From assembly GCA_035390665.1 (NCBI GenBank), contig DAOOUC010000001.1, positions 90,001 to 122,000 of the forward strand: a stretch of 32,000 nt of DNA, written 5' to 3'. The DNA is from an archaeon. GTDB taxonomy: Archaea; Iainarchaeota; Iainarchaeia; Iainarchaeales; CSSED10-239. The notes below the pieces were generated by a model. The model did no database searches. It saw nothing but the letters and a program-made list of their open reading frames with translations, and was not told the origin of the DNA. The translations under genes and the position numbers were made by a program. Each line of letters starts with the position of its first letter. Position 1 is the stretch's first letter. Shown here piece by piece: positions 15,669 through 24,586 of this stretch.

Positions 15669-16751
15669 ATGAATTTCATAAATGCAAAAAATCATAAAAA
15701 ATTATATATTGTACCATTAATTGTTGCAATAGTTTGTTTAGTTTTAATTTTTATAACCCCTGGAGTTTCCAAAGGAATTGATTTAAAGGGCGGAAACCAG
15801 CTAATTTTAAGATATGAAGGAACAGCAATTGATTCAGGCGCTTTAGCAAATACCTTAAAGCAAGAATTCAATCTAAAAGAAGTAAATGTTAATGAAACAA
15901 AAGGACCAACAAGCACAGGATTAGTAATTGATTATTCCACAAGCCCAGAAATAGATACAGCAAAGGCAGAAAAAGACAAACTTGATTTTATTAATGGAAA
16001 TATTGATGATTTAAAAACAAAAGCAACAGAAGTTCTTTCTCCTCTAAAGGATAAAGGTTATTTGTCTGAGCAAGTAATAACAGATATTTCTGATATAAGA
16101 AATAAAGAAGATTTAAAGGTTTATTTAAATGAAAATATAATCTTAGCAAATAATGAATTTAATAATCAAATAATAAACAAAGTAAAATCAGAACTAAACC
16201 TAACAACAGAAGCAAAAATACAAACAAGAGAAGTTTCAGCAACTCTTGGTAAAGACTTTGTTAAGTCTTCTTTAAAGGTAGGAGTTATTGCATTTATTTT
16301 ATTATCTTTAGTAATATTTTTATTTTTCAGAGAAATTATTCCATCTGGTTTAATTATCTTTGCTGCAACTTTCGATATATTGGTTGCATTAGCTGGTATG
16401 GCACTTCTAGGTTTGCCATTAAGTCTAACAACAATTCCAACATTGTTAATGCTTATTGGTTATTCTGTAGACACAGATATTTTACTTAGCACAAAACTTT
16501 TAAAGAACAGAACAGATGATGTTTACGTTGTAACAAATAAGTCAATGGCAACAGGAATGACAATGACAATAACTACATTAATAACAGTTCTTGTGATGCT
16601 TGTTGTTTCTTATTTCATGCAAATGACTGTAATTTTAGAAATAGCAACAGTATTGTTCTTCGGTCTTATCGGAGATATAGTTTCAACATGGTTCTTTAAT
16701 GCGCCTGCATTAATATCTTATGTTCAAAATAAAAATAAAAACAAAAATTAA
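15669..16751 (+). CDS. secF: Protein-export membrane protein SecF
   Basis: N-terminal TM then GIDLKGG; an extracytoplasmic domain; a C-terminal 6-TM block containing GYSVDTDILL (SecF-type GYS.nD motif). GAGGA SD lies upstream. The secF-before-secD order matches that known for archaea. Confidence 0.8.
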   Translation: MNFINAKNHKKLYIVPLIVAIVCLVLIFITPGVSKGIDLKGGNQLILRYEGTAIDSGALANTLKQEFNLKEVNVNETKGPTSTGLVIDYSTSPEIDTAKAEKDKLDFINGNIDDLKTKATEVLSPLKDKGYLSEQVITDISDIRNKEDLKVYLNENIILANNEFNNQIINKVKSELNLTTEAKIQTREVSATLGKDFVKSSLKVGVIAFILLSLVIFLFFREIIPSGLIIFAATFDILVALAGMALLGLPLSLTTIPTLLMLIGYSVDTDILLSTKLLKNRTDDVYVVTNKSMATGMTMTITTLITVLVMLVVSYFMQMTVILEIATVLFFGLIGDIVSTWFFNAPALISYVQNKNKNKN

Positions 16752-16769
16752 GGAAAAGGTGTTTTTTAG

Positions 16770-18416
16770 ATGAAAACTTTATTAAAAAAACCAATAGTCA
16801 TTATTTGGATAATTATCTTATTATTTTCAATAGGATTACTATTAACAAAAGGAATTCAATATGGTGTTGATTTCTCTGGTGGAACTTCTTTTTCAATAGT
16901 TCTTGAAAAACCAGTAGAATCTGATGAGATGCCAAGGGTTGTTTCAATAATTAATAGAAGACTTGATTGGGCAGGTTTAAAGGATGCAAAGGTTACTTCG
17001 TCAGGTAATCAATATGTTACTGCGCAATTAGCAGAGTCAAATCCAGACGAGATTACAAGATTAAAAAACACACTTTTAAAACAAGGTAAATTTGAAGCAG
17101 TATTAGATGGAAACACCTTATTTGTTGGAGAAGATTTAATTACAATCTATAAAGATCCTGCAAAGGGTTATGGAATCACGCAAATAGACAGAAGCGGAGC
17201 AAGCCAATGGGTTTTACCATTTATGTTATCTCCAGAAGCTTCAAGAAGATTTGCAGAAATGACTTTCCATAAATGTACAGCAACAGGCTATGATTCTAAA
17301 AAAGTAGAATATGATTGTGAGAAAACTTATTTCTTTATTGACAGGCCAACGGATGCTATATTTATTGTAGATACAGAAACATATACAGATGAAAGGCAAG
17401 TTCCTGTTTCTCCAGAAGTTTCTGGAAGTGAAACAATTTCTTTTGAGGATATAATTTCACAAGTAAATACTAAATATTATGTTGTTGATTCAGAACTAAC
17501 AGAAAATGAAAGAACAGATATTTTATCAGATATTAACAAATATTCTAAAGTCATAGTTTCAGGTTCTGTTTCAGATAGTATCAAAAAAAAATTATCAGAT
17601 ATGGGTTATAGAGTAGTAGTAATTAACAAACCTGAGAACCAACCATGGATTTGGGAAGCAACAGGACTAAAATCCATAATTTCTTTAACAGAAGGCGTAG
17701 CGAATATGGCTGCTCCATCAACAAGTTCTCCAAAGTTTGAGACGTTTAATAGTTTAACAATTACAGGAAGCACTTCTTCAAAAGAAGATGCAAAACAAAG
17801 ACTTGATGATTTATTAGTTATCTTAGAATCAGGTTCTTTACCAATAGCAATTGAAAGCATAAGCACAGAGTCTATCTCTCCATATCTTGGAGATGAGTTT
17901 TTGGACAATTCTTTGTGGATTGGTTTAATTGCGTTGTTGACTGTTGCATTAGTATTATTCATTAGATACAAGGTATTTAATTTGATTTTCCCAATATTAA
18001 TCTCAGATATTTCTGAATTAATAATTTCTTTAGGTTTCTTGTCCTTAATACAATTTAGAGTTGATCTTGCAACAATTGCTGGAATTATTGCAGCTATTGG
18101 TACAGGTGTTGATCATGAAATCATAATCACAGATGAACTTTTAAAAGGCACAGGAAAAGACGAAGAAAAATCTGGTTTAAGTTTAACTGCAAAAATAAAG
18201 AACGCTTTCTTTATTATCTTTGCAGCTGTTGCTACAGTATTTGCAACAATGCTTCCAATTATTTTCTTTAATGTTGGATTAAGTAAATTTGTTGGATTTG
18301 CAATAACTGTAATGTTTGGTGCAGTACTTGGTGCATTTATAACAAGACCGGCATTTGCAGAGATTGCAAAAGTTGTTGTAGCACATCATGAAAAAAAACA
18401 AGAGAGTAAAAAATGA
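16770..18416 (+). CDS. secD: Protein-export membrane protein SecD
   Basis: N-terminal TM then GVDFSGG; a large extracytoplasmic domain; a C-terminal 6-TM block with IGTGVDHEIIITDE (SecD-type motif). AGGTG SD lies upstream. Confidence 0.8.
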   Translation: MKTLLKKPIVIIWIIILLFSIGLLLTKGIQYGVDFSGGTSFSIVLEKPVESDEMPRVVSIINRRLDWAGLKDAKVTSSGNQYVTAQLAESNPDEITRLKNTLLKQGKFEAVLDGNTLFVGEDLITIYKDPAKGYGITQIDRSGASQWVLPFMLSPEASRRFAEMTFHKCTATGYDSKKVEYDCEKTYFFIDRPTDAIFIVDTETYTDERQVPVSPEVSGSETISFEDIISQVNTKYYVVDSELTENERTDILSDINKYSKVIVSGSVSDSIKKKLSDMGYRVVVINKPENQPWIWEATGLKSIISLTEGVANMAAPSTSSPKFETFNSLTITGSTSSKEDAKQRLDDLLVILESGSLPIAIESISTESISPYLGDEFLDNSLWIGLIALLTVALVLFIRYKVFNLIFPILISDISELIISLGFLSLIQFRVDLATIAGIIAAIGTGVDHEIIITDELLKGTGKDEEKSGLSLTAKIKNAFFIIFAAVATVFATMLPIIFFNVGLSKFVGFAITVMFGAVLGAFITRPAFAEIAKVVVAHHEKKQESKK

Positions 18417-18853
18417 TTACACAAGCACAATTATTAGAGCTTTTAACTCCAGGAGTAATAAGCGGTTTAACTGCAGGAATGGTAGTTGTTCTAATTTTTG
18501 TGTTTATTCTTTGTTTGTTGTTTTTTATTGGCGCATATATTTACTATTGTCTTGTATGGTACCACCTTTCCAAGAAACTAAAATACAAAACAGCATGGTT
18601 AGCATGGATTCCAATTGCCAATCTTTTTTTAATGCCAATATTAGCAAAGAAGCATTGGGCATTAGGTTTTTTATTATTGATTCCAATAGTTAATATTGTT
18701 TTTTCAATAATCTGGTGCTGGGACATCTACAAGAAAAGAAAGTTTTCAGGGGCATTAAGCCTAGTAAAAGCAGGCTATGTGGTAATTCCATTAATTCCCT
18801 TTGTTTTTATTGCGGATTTTATAATAATGGGAATCATTGCTTTTGAGAAGTAA
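18413..18853 (+). CDS. Small 4-TM membrane protein, DUF5684-like
   Basis: TAWLAWIPIANLFLMPILAKK...LLLIPIVNIVFSIIW resembles the AWLAWIPI.N...LLLIP.VN repeat signature of DUF5684-type proteins. The start overlaps the secD stop (ATGA). Confidence 0.5.
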   Translation: MITQAQLLELLTPGVISGLTAGMVVVLIFVFILCLLFFIGAYIYYCLVWYHLSKKLKYKTAWLAWIPIANLFLMPILAKKHWALGFLLLIPIVNIVFSIIWCWDIYKKRKFSGALSLVKAGYVVIPLIPFVFIADFIIMGIIAFEK

Positions 18854-19256
18854 TTTTTACAAGCCAAACAACCACAAACAGCATTAGAAACCAAGATATT
18901 ATGTGAAGCTCTTGATGCAAGCCTATCTTTTCTGATAGCATAACGATGATTATTCTTAACAGGTTTACTAAAAACAGCACAATTGTGCTTACTGCTATTG
19001 CTTTATTTGAAATCTTTTGTTTTATTGTCTTTAAGGCAATAACAACCCCTAGATAAGCAGAGACTGAGACAATCCCCGAACAATAAACCACAAAGTCAAA
19101 GGCCTCATAATTCACATTGTTTCCAAGAAGCCAAAAGATTAGTTTTTCTTCAAGACCAACTAAGAAGTTACCAAAAATAAAGACGCCGATAGCTAAAAAT
19201 AAGAAATAGCTAATAAAGAAAACCAAAATAAATCTAATCTTCTCTTTTGTGTTCAT
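18834..19256 (-). CDS. Minimal exosortase/archaeosortase-family protein (ArtE-like size)
   Basis: 140 aa, about 5 TM. The candidate catalytic triad sits in the expected order and context: Cys in FVVYCSGIVSVSAYLG (CSG motif), Arg in LVNLLRIIIV (N-x-x-R motif), and His in GLHQELHIISW. Confidence 0.6.
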   Translation of the reverse strand: MNTKEKIRFILVFFISYFLFLAIGVFIFGNFLVGLEEKLIFWLLGNNVNYEAFDFVVYCSGIVSVSAYLGVVIALKTIKQKISNKAIAVSTIVLFLVNLLRIIIVMLSEKIGLHQELHIISWFLMLFVVVWLVKITSQKQ

Positions 19257-19294
19257 CTATTATATTATAAATAAATGTCTTTAAAATAGTTAGT

Positions 19295-19948
19295 TTATAT
19301 TAAACTAAAAACCAATAAAGATAGTCCACCAATAATTAATGTTGTTAAAAAATTAGTTTGACTATTATCAAGATATCCTTTGTTTTCAAATAGTGCTCCA
19401 ATAAAACTATCTATAATTGTTCCAAGCATTCCAAAGCTTGCAATTATTAATGAAATATTGAAGCTTACTTTAAAAATAAAATAAAATAATCCAAAACTAA
19501 AAGCTGAAACCATTAAAGCCCCAAATAACCCTAAGATTGTTATTCCGCCATTTGTTCCAGGTTCTACTTCTTTAAAATTAGTTATAAGTCTTGGTTTTAT
19601 TTTAGATAACCTTCCAATCTCTGAAGAAAGAGTATCAGAAAATGCTGCTGCAATTGTTGAAGCAGAAGCATAAATTTGTCCAAAAACAACTAACACCGTT
19701 CCAATAAGACAATTGCCTAAAAGATTAATGTAGTTTCTTTTTTCTTTTTTATTTTTAAGAACAACAGTTATTCCTTCTGCAATACAGAAATAAGAAAGAA
19801 GATAAATAAACAACATTATTTTTCCAAAATATAAAAATACTCCGCTCATTCCAAATATTATAGAAATAGTAAATAGGTCGTATTTTCTAGTAATAAAAAG
19901 AATAATTCCTAAAATATAAAAAAAAAGAAGATAGTAAATAAAACTCAT
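19295..19948 (-). CDS. DUF92/TMEM19-family integral membrane protein (COG1836)
   Basis: 217-aa polytopic protein. AAAFSDTLSSEIGRLS matches the a.aDT.aSEiG signature of DUF92. A Gly-rich GTNGGITILG segment is also typical. Confidence 0.6.
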   Translation of the reverse strand: MSFIYYLLFFYILGIILFITRKYDLFTISIIFGMSGVFLYFGKIMLFIYLLSYFCIAEGITVVLKNKKEKRNYINLLGNCLIGTVLVVFGQIYASASTIAAAFSDTLSSEIGRLSKIKPRLITNFKEVEPGTNGGITILGLFGALMVSAFSFGLFYFIFKVSFNISLIIASFGMLGTIIDSFIGALFENKGYLDNSQTNFLTTLIIGGLSLLVFSLI

Positions 19949-19957
19949 ATTCTTTCC

Positions 19958-20527
19958 TTATACAACCGTTACTTTAACAACCATAACTTTGTTAACATAA
20001 CCTAATTTTATAAGTTTTGCTTTACATCTTTCTGAAATGTGTTGAAATATTAAATCATTCCAGTTTTCTTTTGCTGTTTTTGCTGTAATCTCTTCAGTAA
20101 AGAAATCAACAATTGCTTTTCTTGCTTGTGTTCTTAAAGGTGTTGTGTATTTTGCACCAGTTATTGCAAGAATCTTTAATTTTAATTTGATTCCGTCTTT
20201 TGTTGTAACATAGAAAACTGGTTCAATCTTTGACTTTTGTCTTCTTATAAGTCTTCTAAGTAGGCTTGTTTTTGCTTCGAATTTTGAAATAACTGTGTCA
20301 GCTTTAGCGCCTGTTATTTTATTTATTTTAAAACTTACTTCAAAGCTTGAGTCTCTTATATTTCCTGTTAATTCATTTAATCCTTTCTTAACAACTCTTC
20401 CAATTAAGTTTTTAGGATTAATTGTGATTGTTTCTCCGATTTTCTTTTCATCAAAAGTAGTATCTGCAGAAACATCATACCATTTTTTCTTTTTCCATGT
20501 ATCAACTGTACTTTTTTTATCTGCCAT
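19958..20527 (-). CDS. rps3ae: 30S ribosomal protein eS1 (S3Ae)
   Basis: VDTWKKKKWYDVSADTTFDEKKIGETI is the eS1 N-terminal signature. Length is 189 aa. It lies downstream of uS15 with a 14-nt gap. Confidence 0.9.
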   Translation of the reverse strand: MADKKSTVDTWKKKKWYDVSADTTFDEKKIGETITINPKNLIGRVVKKGLNELTGNIRDSSFEVSFKINKITGAKADTVISKFEAKTSLLRRLIRRQKSKIEPVFYVTTKDGIKLKLKILAITGAKYTTPLRTQARKAIVDFFTEEITAKTAKENWNDLIFQHISERCKAKLIKLGYVNKVMVVKVTVV

Positions 20528-20541
20528 AATTTAAACACCCA

Positions 20542-20946
20542 TCACTTTACAAGTAGCTTTGCTGAGTCATCTGAGTATCTCCAATCGCTACTGATTTTTT
20601 TTGCTTTAATATAATGTTTTCTAAGTCTTTTAATTTTAGAAACAGTTTTTTGATATCCTCTTTTACCGCTTGTATCTTTTTTATTGTTTTCGTTATGTTT
20701 AATTAATTTAACACTTTTATTAATAAGATACAATAATTCGTCAGGTAATTTATCGTTTTTTAGATTAAGTTCTTTTTGAACCTTTCCAATCTTTTTACCT
20801 GTTGCCTCAAGAACAGAGTTAACTCCATATTTTTTTTTTAAAGTTAATCCAATTTCTGTTGTTGTCTTACCTTTCTTTGTAAGATCTTCAATTACATCAT
20901 ATATTTCTTTTTTATCTAAAACCTTTTTTTCTGTTTTATCACTCAT
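20542..20946 (-). CDS. rps15: 30S ribosomal protein uS15 (S15P/S13e)
   Basis: LPDELLYLINKSVKLIKHNENNKKDTSGKRGYQKTVSKIKRLRKHY...WRYS...AKLLV is collinear with archaeal S15P. The N-terminus appears shorter than canonical (see findings). Confidence 0.88.
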   Translation of the reverse strand: MSDKTEKKVLDKKEIYDVIEDLTKKGKTTTEIGLTLKKKYGVNSVLEATGKKIGKVQKELNLKNDKLPDELLYLINKSVKLIKHNENNKKDTSGKRGYQKTVSKIKRLRKHYIKAKKISSDWRYSDDSAKLLVK

Positions 20947-21093
20947 CGTTTAATCACTTTATTTTTATTAATATTAGTCAATTATTTATGTGGCGAATAA
21001 AATAATAACTAAAGAAGTTTTTTATACCAAAAAATTGGTTAATAATATATATTATCTGTTTCGATTTATTTAAATACGTTTTTATTTTGGTTT

Positions 21094-21657
21094 TTAAAGA
21101 TATCTTGCTCTTTTCTCTATAATCTCTATTTGGCTAAGGATCTTTGGTTCTTTTGTTTCTTTTTTATACCCGACTAAGATCTTTTCCCAGAATTTTTCTG
21201 TTTTTTTGCTTGCTTTTAAGGTTTTTTTAAAGACAAGAAGGTCTGTTGCCTTGTCTTCAATCTTGTTTGAAAGATAACCAAGGCCAAAGTCAATAAAGTA
21301 AATCTTTTTAGTCTTTGTTGTTAGAATATTAATAAGATTTAAGTCTCCATGTATTATTCCATTATTATGAAGTCTTGCAATTTCTTTTCCAATAGTTTCT
21401 AGATATTTTTCATGTTCTTTAGTATTTTCAATCTTTTCCATAATAATGGTGTTTTCTGTAACAGAGTAAACAACAGGAGTATTAAGACCTAAGCAACTTG
21501 CTTTTTTAAGAAGGGTTGCTTCTTGCTTGTTTCTTGTTTTAATTATTTTTTTATCAAGTACAGGGTCTCTATAGTCCTTAGATATCCTTTCTTTAATAAT
21601 ATTCTTGCCTTTAGAAAAGATTTTAGCTTCAGCACCACTATTGATTTCTTTACTCAT
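21094..21657 (-). CDS. bud32: Bud32-type atypical Ser/Thr kinase (KEOPS subunit)
   Basis: SGAEAKIF (P-loop-like), HGDLNLINIL (catalytic loop, compare HGDLTTSN) and IDFGL are present, and the size is about 190 aa. I chose the start at MSKEINS (ATG at 21657). The ORF track extends it to 21678. Confidence 0.85.
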   Translation of the reverse strand: MSKEINSGAEAKIFSKGKNIIKERISKDYRDPVLDKKIIKTRNKQEATLLKKASCLGLNTPVVYSVTENTIIMEKIENTKEHEKYLETIGKEIARLHNNGIIHGDLNLINILTTKTKKIYFIDFGLGYLSNKIEDKATDLLVFKKTLKASKKTEKFWEKILVGYKKETKEPKILSQIEIIEKRARYL

Positions 21658-22159
21658 CAAAACACATCTCAAGTTCAAGTGCTTTTTCTTTTAGGCCTTC
21701 TATGTCGTAATTAGTTAGTGCATCAATATAACTATTCCAATAGATTTTATTAAGTTTCTTAGAATAAGTATTATTAAATTTTTCAAGAAGCAATTCTTTA
21801 TTTTGAATTTGCATTTCAATTCTTGCAACTGTGCTTCTTGTAATACACCTTGTTTCAAGTTGAGAGTACTCTAAATGTCTATTAATCTTTTTAGCTTCAA
21901 GCATTAAATCAAGATATTCTGTAATTGGTCTTGTGTATTTGTCTTGATTTAGTTCTTCTAATTTTATTTTATATTCTATGTAATTTTCAGGAACAAGATA
22001 ATTAGAAGTTATAAGATATTCTTCATTAATTTTAGATATTTTATTTATTTGAAAATTAGCAATAAAACCAATAAACAAGAAGATAATAAGTGCAGTTATA
22101 GCTAAAATAACCAAATGTCCCAATATTGTTGTTGGTTTTCTTTTGGATGCTAATGACAT
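21650..22159 (-). CDS. Hypothetical N-terminally membrane-anchored protein
   Basis: 169-aa ORF with a single TM (HLVILAITALIIFLFIGFIANF) followed by a helical, charged domain. It overlaps the valS stop by 10 nt and the bud32 start by 8 nt, which argues for real co-translation. No family was recognised. Confidence 0.5.
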   Translation of the reverse strand: MSLASKRKPTTILGHLVILAITALIIFLFIGFIANFQINKISKINEEYLITSNYLVPENYIEYKIKLEELNQDKYTRPITEYLDLMLEAKKINRHLEYSQLETRCITRSTVARIEMQIQNKELLLEKFNNTYSKKLNKIYWNSYIDALTNYDIEGLKEKALELEMCFDE

Positions 22160-24522
22160 ATTATTTCACTTGTATTTGTGTATTCTATATTATATATATT
22201 ATGTGTCTTTTTTATATCTTTTTCTATTTTCTCAAATTTCTTATTTATCTGAATTTTCTCTATTTTGTCCTTTAAAGATAGATTATTTTCTTTCTTGTAT
22301 TTCCAAATTGTATTGTTAAGGTTTTCAATATCTTCTAAATTCAAAATGCTTTCGTATTTTTCTGTAGTTGGGTATTTTTCAAGATTTATGTCTTTATTAT
22401 AAAGTTCTTTAGATATAATTGAAGTTGTAAATGGAGTTATTGGATATAATAAAACCAAAAACCTTTCTAAACAATAATTAAGAGTATCAATTGCTCCGTT
22501 CTGTTCTTCTTTTGAAAATTCTCCTTCTTGATTATATGCTCTGCTTTTTACAAGCTCTAAGTAGTTTGAAGAAAAAGTTGTCCATAAGAAGTATTTAAGT
22601 TTTACAATAGGGTTATGAAAGTCATATGCCTTATATTGTTCATCACAATAATCAATAATTTCATTTATTTCTTTTCTTAAAAGTTTATCAAGTTCAGTAT
22701 ATTCTGCGTTTATTCCTTCATTTCTTTTAAATTGAGAAATAAACTTAGATGCATTCCAAAGTTTGTTTAGGGTTTTTTGTTCTGAAGATATTCTGTCTTT
22801 AGAGCACTTCAAGTCCTTTTCATTTAGATTTCCTTCATCAGCAACCCAAAGTCTTAAAGATTCTGCACCGTAATCTCTTAATATCTCTTGAGGATCTACA
22901 ACATTCCCAAGAGATTTAGCCATCTTGTTTCCTTTGTCGTCTAGAATATGCTGATGTATATAAACATCATCAAAAATTATATTTCCTGTAAACAAGTAAC
23001 ACTTAAGAAGAGTGTAATACAACCAAGTTCTTACAATTTCTTTTCCTTGTGGTCTTAGAGTACAAACAGGGTGTTTATTGTAAAATTCAGTTCCATAGTT
23101 TAAAACAAACAAAGGAGATATGGATGAATCAAACCAAGTATCAAAAACTCTTTGTTCTCCTTCTATCTCTTGACTGCCACATTTTGGACAGCTATTAACT
23201 GGTGCTTTTTCACACCAAGGTTTTTGATATTTTCCAGAGGTTCCTAATATTGCTTCTCCGCAAGTTTTACAATACCAGATAGGAATTTCAGTTGCATAAT
23301 ATCTTCTTCTAGATATTGGCCAATCAATAGAAACAACATCTAACCAGTCAAGAAGTATTTTTTTAGTTGCAGGGTTTGTAAAGTTTACTTTTTCAGCAAT
23401 TTTTCTCATTTCTTCAATATAGTCTAATTGTTTAAGATAATATTCCTTTAAAGAAATAAATTCAATTTCGTCTTTTGATCTCTCACAGATTGGAACTTTG
23501 TGTTGTATTGTTTTTTCTTCAGTAACAAGATTGTTTGCTTTTAGTTCTTCAATCATTTTTTGTCTTGCTTCTTTTACTTTTAGGCCTTCTAAAAATCCTG
23601 CATTGTTATTCATTTTTCCAGTAATATCAATTGACATTATTGGTTTAATTCCTTGTTCCATGAAAAATCTAATATCTGAATAATCTCCTGCAGAACACAT
23701 CATGACTAGCCCAGTTCCCTTATCAACTTTTGCTTGAGGATGAGATTTGATTGGAACTTCTCTATTAAACAAAGGAGAAATTGCAGTTTTTCCTTCAAGC
23801 TTTTGCCAACGTTCATCTTCTGGATTAAATATAACCATTCCAAGAGAGCAAACAAGTTCTGGTCTTGTTGTTGCGATTGGTATTTTTTCTCCTGTTTCTT
23901 TAACACTAAAAAGTATTGTATAAAATTTAGAATCAACAATTGCATAATCTATCTCAGAATCAGCAAGAGTAGTTTTACAACCAGGGCAATAGTTTGTTAC
24001 TTTTTCATCAAGGTAGATAAGCCCTTTGTTGTAAAGTTCAATAAATGTAGTTTGAGTGAGTGCTCTGTATTTGTCTGAATCCGTTTTATATAAAGAACCA
24101 ATTTTTCCATTTTCGTCATAGGTATTAAAAGAAATTCCAAGTTCTTTAAAGGTTTTGCTTGTTTGGTTGGAGGTTTCTTCAAGAAGTTGTTTACAATAGT
24201 TTACATATTCAACTCTTGGAGTATTAAGAATAGACATTTTAAATTTCTTTTCTGCAGCCATTTCAATAGGAAGTCCATTTCTATCAAGTCCATAAGGAAA
24301 TAATACATTAAATCCTTTTTGTCTTTTGTATCTAGAAATAAAATCCATTATTGCATAGGTTGAAGCATGCCCCATATGTACTGGACTATTGATGTATGGT
24401 GGTGGCGTGTCTATACTATATACTGGAGAATTATCTTTTTCTTTAAATTCAAATATTTTAGAATCTATTTCTTTTTGAATAATTTCTTTTTCAAGTTCCT
24501 TGTTCCATTTTTCTAATGCCAT
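22150..24522 (-). CDS. valS: Valyl-tRNA synthetase
   Basis: A class I aaRS with PPPYINSPVHMGH (HIGH) and NKMAKSLGN (KMSKS). ATTRPELV and DWPISRRRYYATEIPIWYC are ValRS-like segments. Zn-type Cys pairs CPGC and CKTC...CPKC are present. At 790 aa it is short but collinear. IleRS or LeuRS is less likely but cannot be excluded without alignment. Confidence 0.8.
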   Translation of the reverse strand: MALEKWNKELEKEIIQKEIDSKIFEFKEKDNSPVYSIDTPPPYINSPVHMGHASTYAIMDFISRYKRQKGFNVLFPYGLDRNGLPIEMAAEKKFKMSILNTPRVEYVNYCKQLLEETSNQTSKTFKELGISFNTYDENGKIGSLYKTDSDKYRALTQTTFIELYNKGLIYLDEKVTNYCPGCKTTLADSEIDYAIVDSKFYTILFSVKETGEKIPIATTRPELVCSLGMVIFNPEDERWQKLEGKTAISPLFNREVPIKSHPQAKVDKGTGLVMMCSAGDYSDIRFFMEQGIKPIMSIDITGKMNNNAGFLEGLKVKEARQKMIEELKANNLVTEEKTIQHKVPICERSKDEIEFISLKEYYLKQLDYIEEMRKIAEKVNFTNPATKKILLDWLDVVSIDWPISRRRYYATEIPIWYCKTCGEAILGTSGKYQKPWCEKAPVNSCPKCGSQEIEGEQRVFDTWFDSSISPLFVLNYGTEFYNKHPVCTLRPQGKEIVRTWLYYTLLKCYLFTGNIIFDDVYIHQHILDDKGNKMAKSLGNVVDPQEILRDYGAESLRLWVADEGNLNEKDLKCSKDRISSEQKTLNKLWNASKFISQFKRNEGINAEYTELDKLLRKEINEIIDYCDEQYKAYDFHNPIVKLKYFLWTTFSSNYLELVKSRAYNQEGEFSKEEQNGAIDTLNYCLERFLVLLYPITPFTTSIISKELYNKDINLEKYPTTEKYESILNLEDIENLNNTIWKYKKENNLSLKDKIEKIQINKKFEKIEKDIKKTHNIYNIEYTNTSEIICH

Positions 24523-24586
24523 TTATGATTACCTTGTTAAATATAATATATATTTATGAAAATTAATAATTAAAAATAGAATTGTT

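Noticed and set aside
15024-15916. ORFs 15024..15359 (+) and 15692..15916 (-)
   Set aside because: They are antisense to the GTPase gene and to secF respectively, so they are shadow ORFs.
17606-18726. ORFs 17606..17971 (-), 18388..18693 (+) and 18544..18726 (-)
   Set aside because: They are antisense or alternate-frame within secD and the DUF5684-like gene. The 18413 frame has the membrane-protein signature and the ATGA coupling.
20295-20534. 79-aa + strand ORF
   Set aside because: It is antisense to the eS1 ribosomal protein gene.
20947-21093. The 147-nt spacer was checked for a tRNA or sRNA
   Set aside because: It is uniformly AT-rich, with no stem-capable GC segments and no box motifs. 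It is most simply the uS15-eS1 promoter plus the bud32 3' end.
23498-24182. ORFs 23498..23683, 23706..23945, 23734..24078 and 23997..24182 inside valS
   Set aside because: They are alternate-frame or antisense to a collinear class I aaRS gene.
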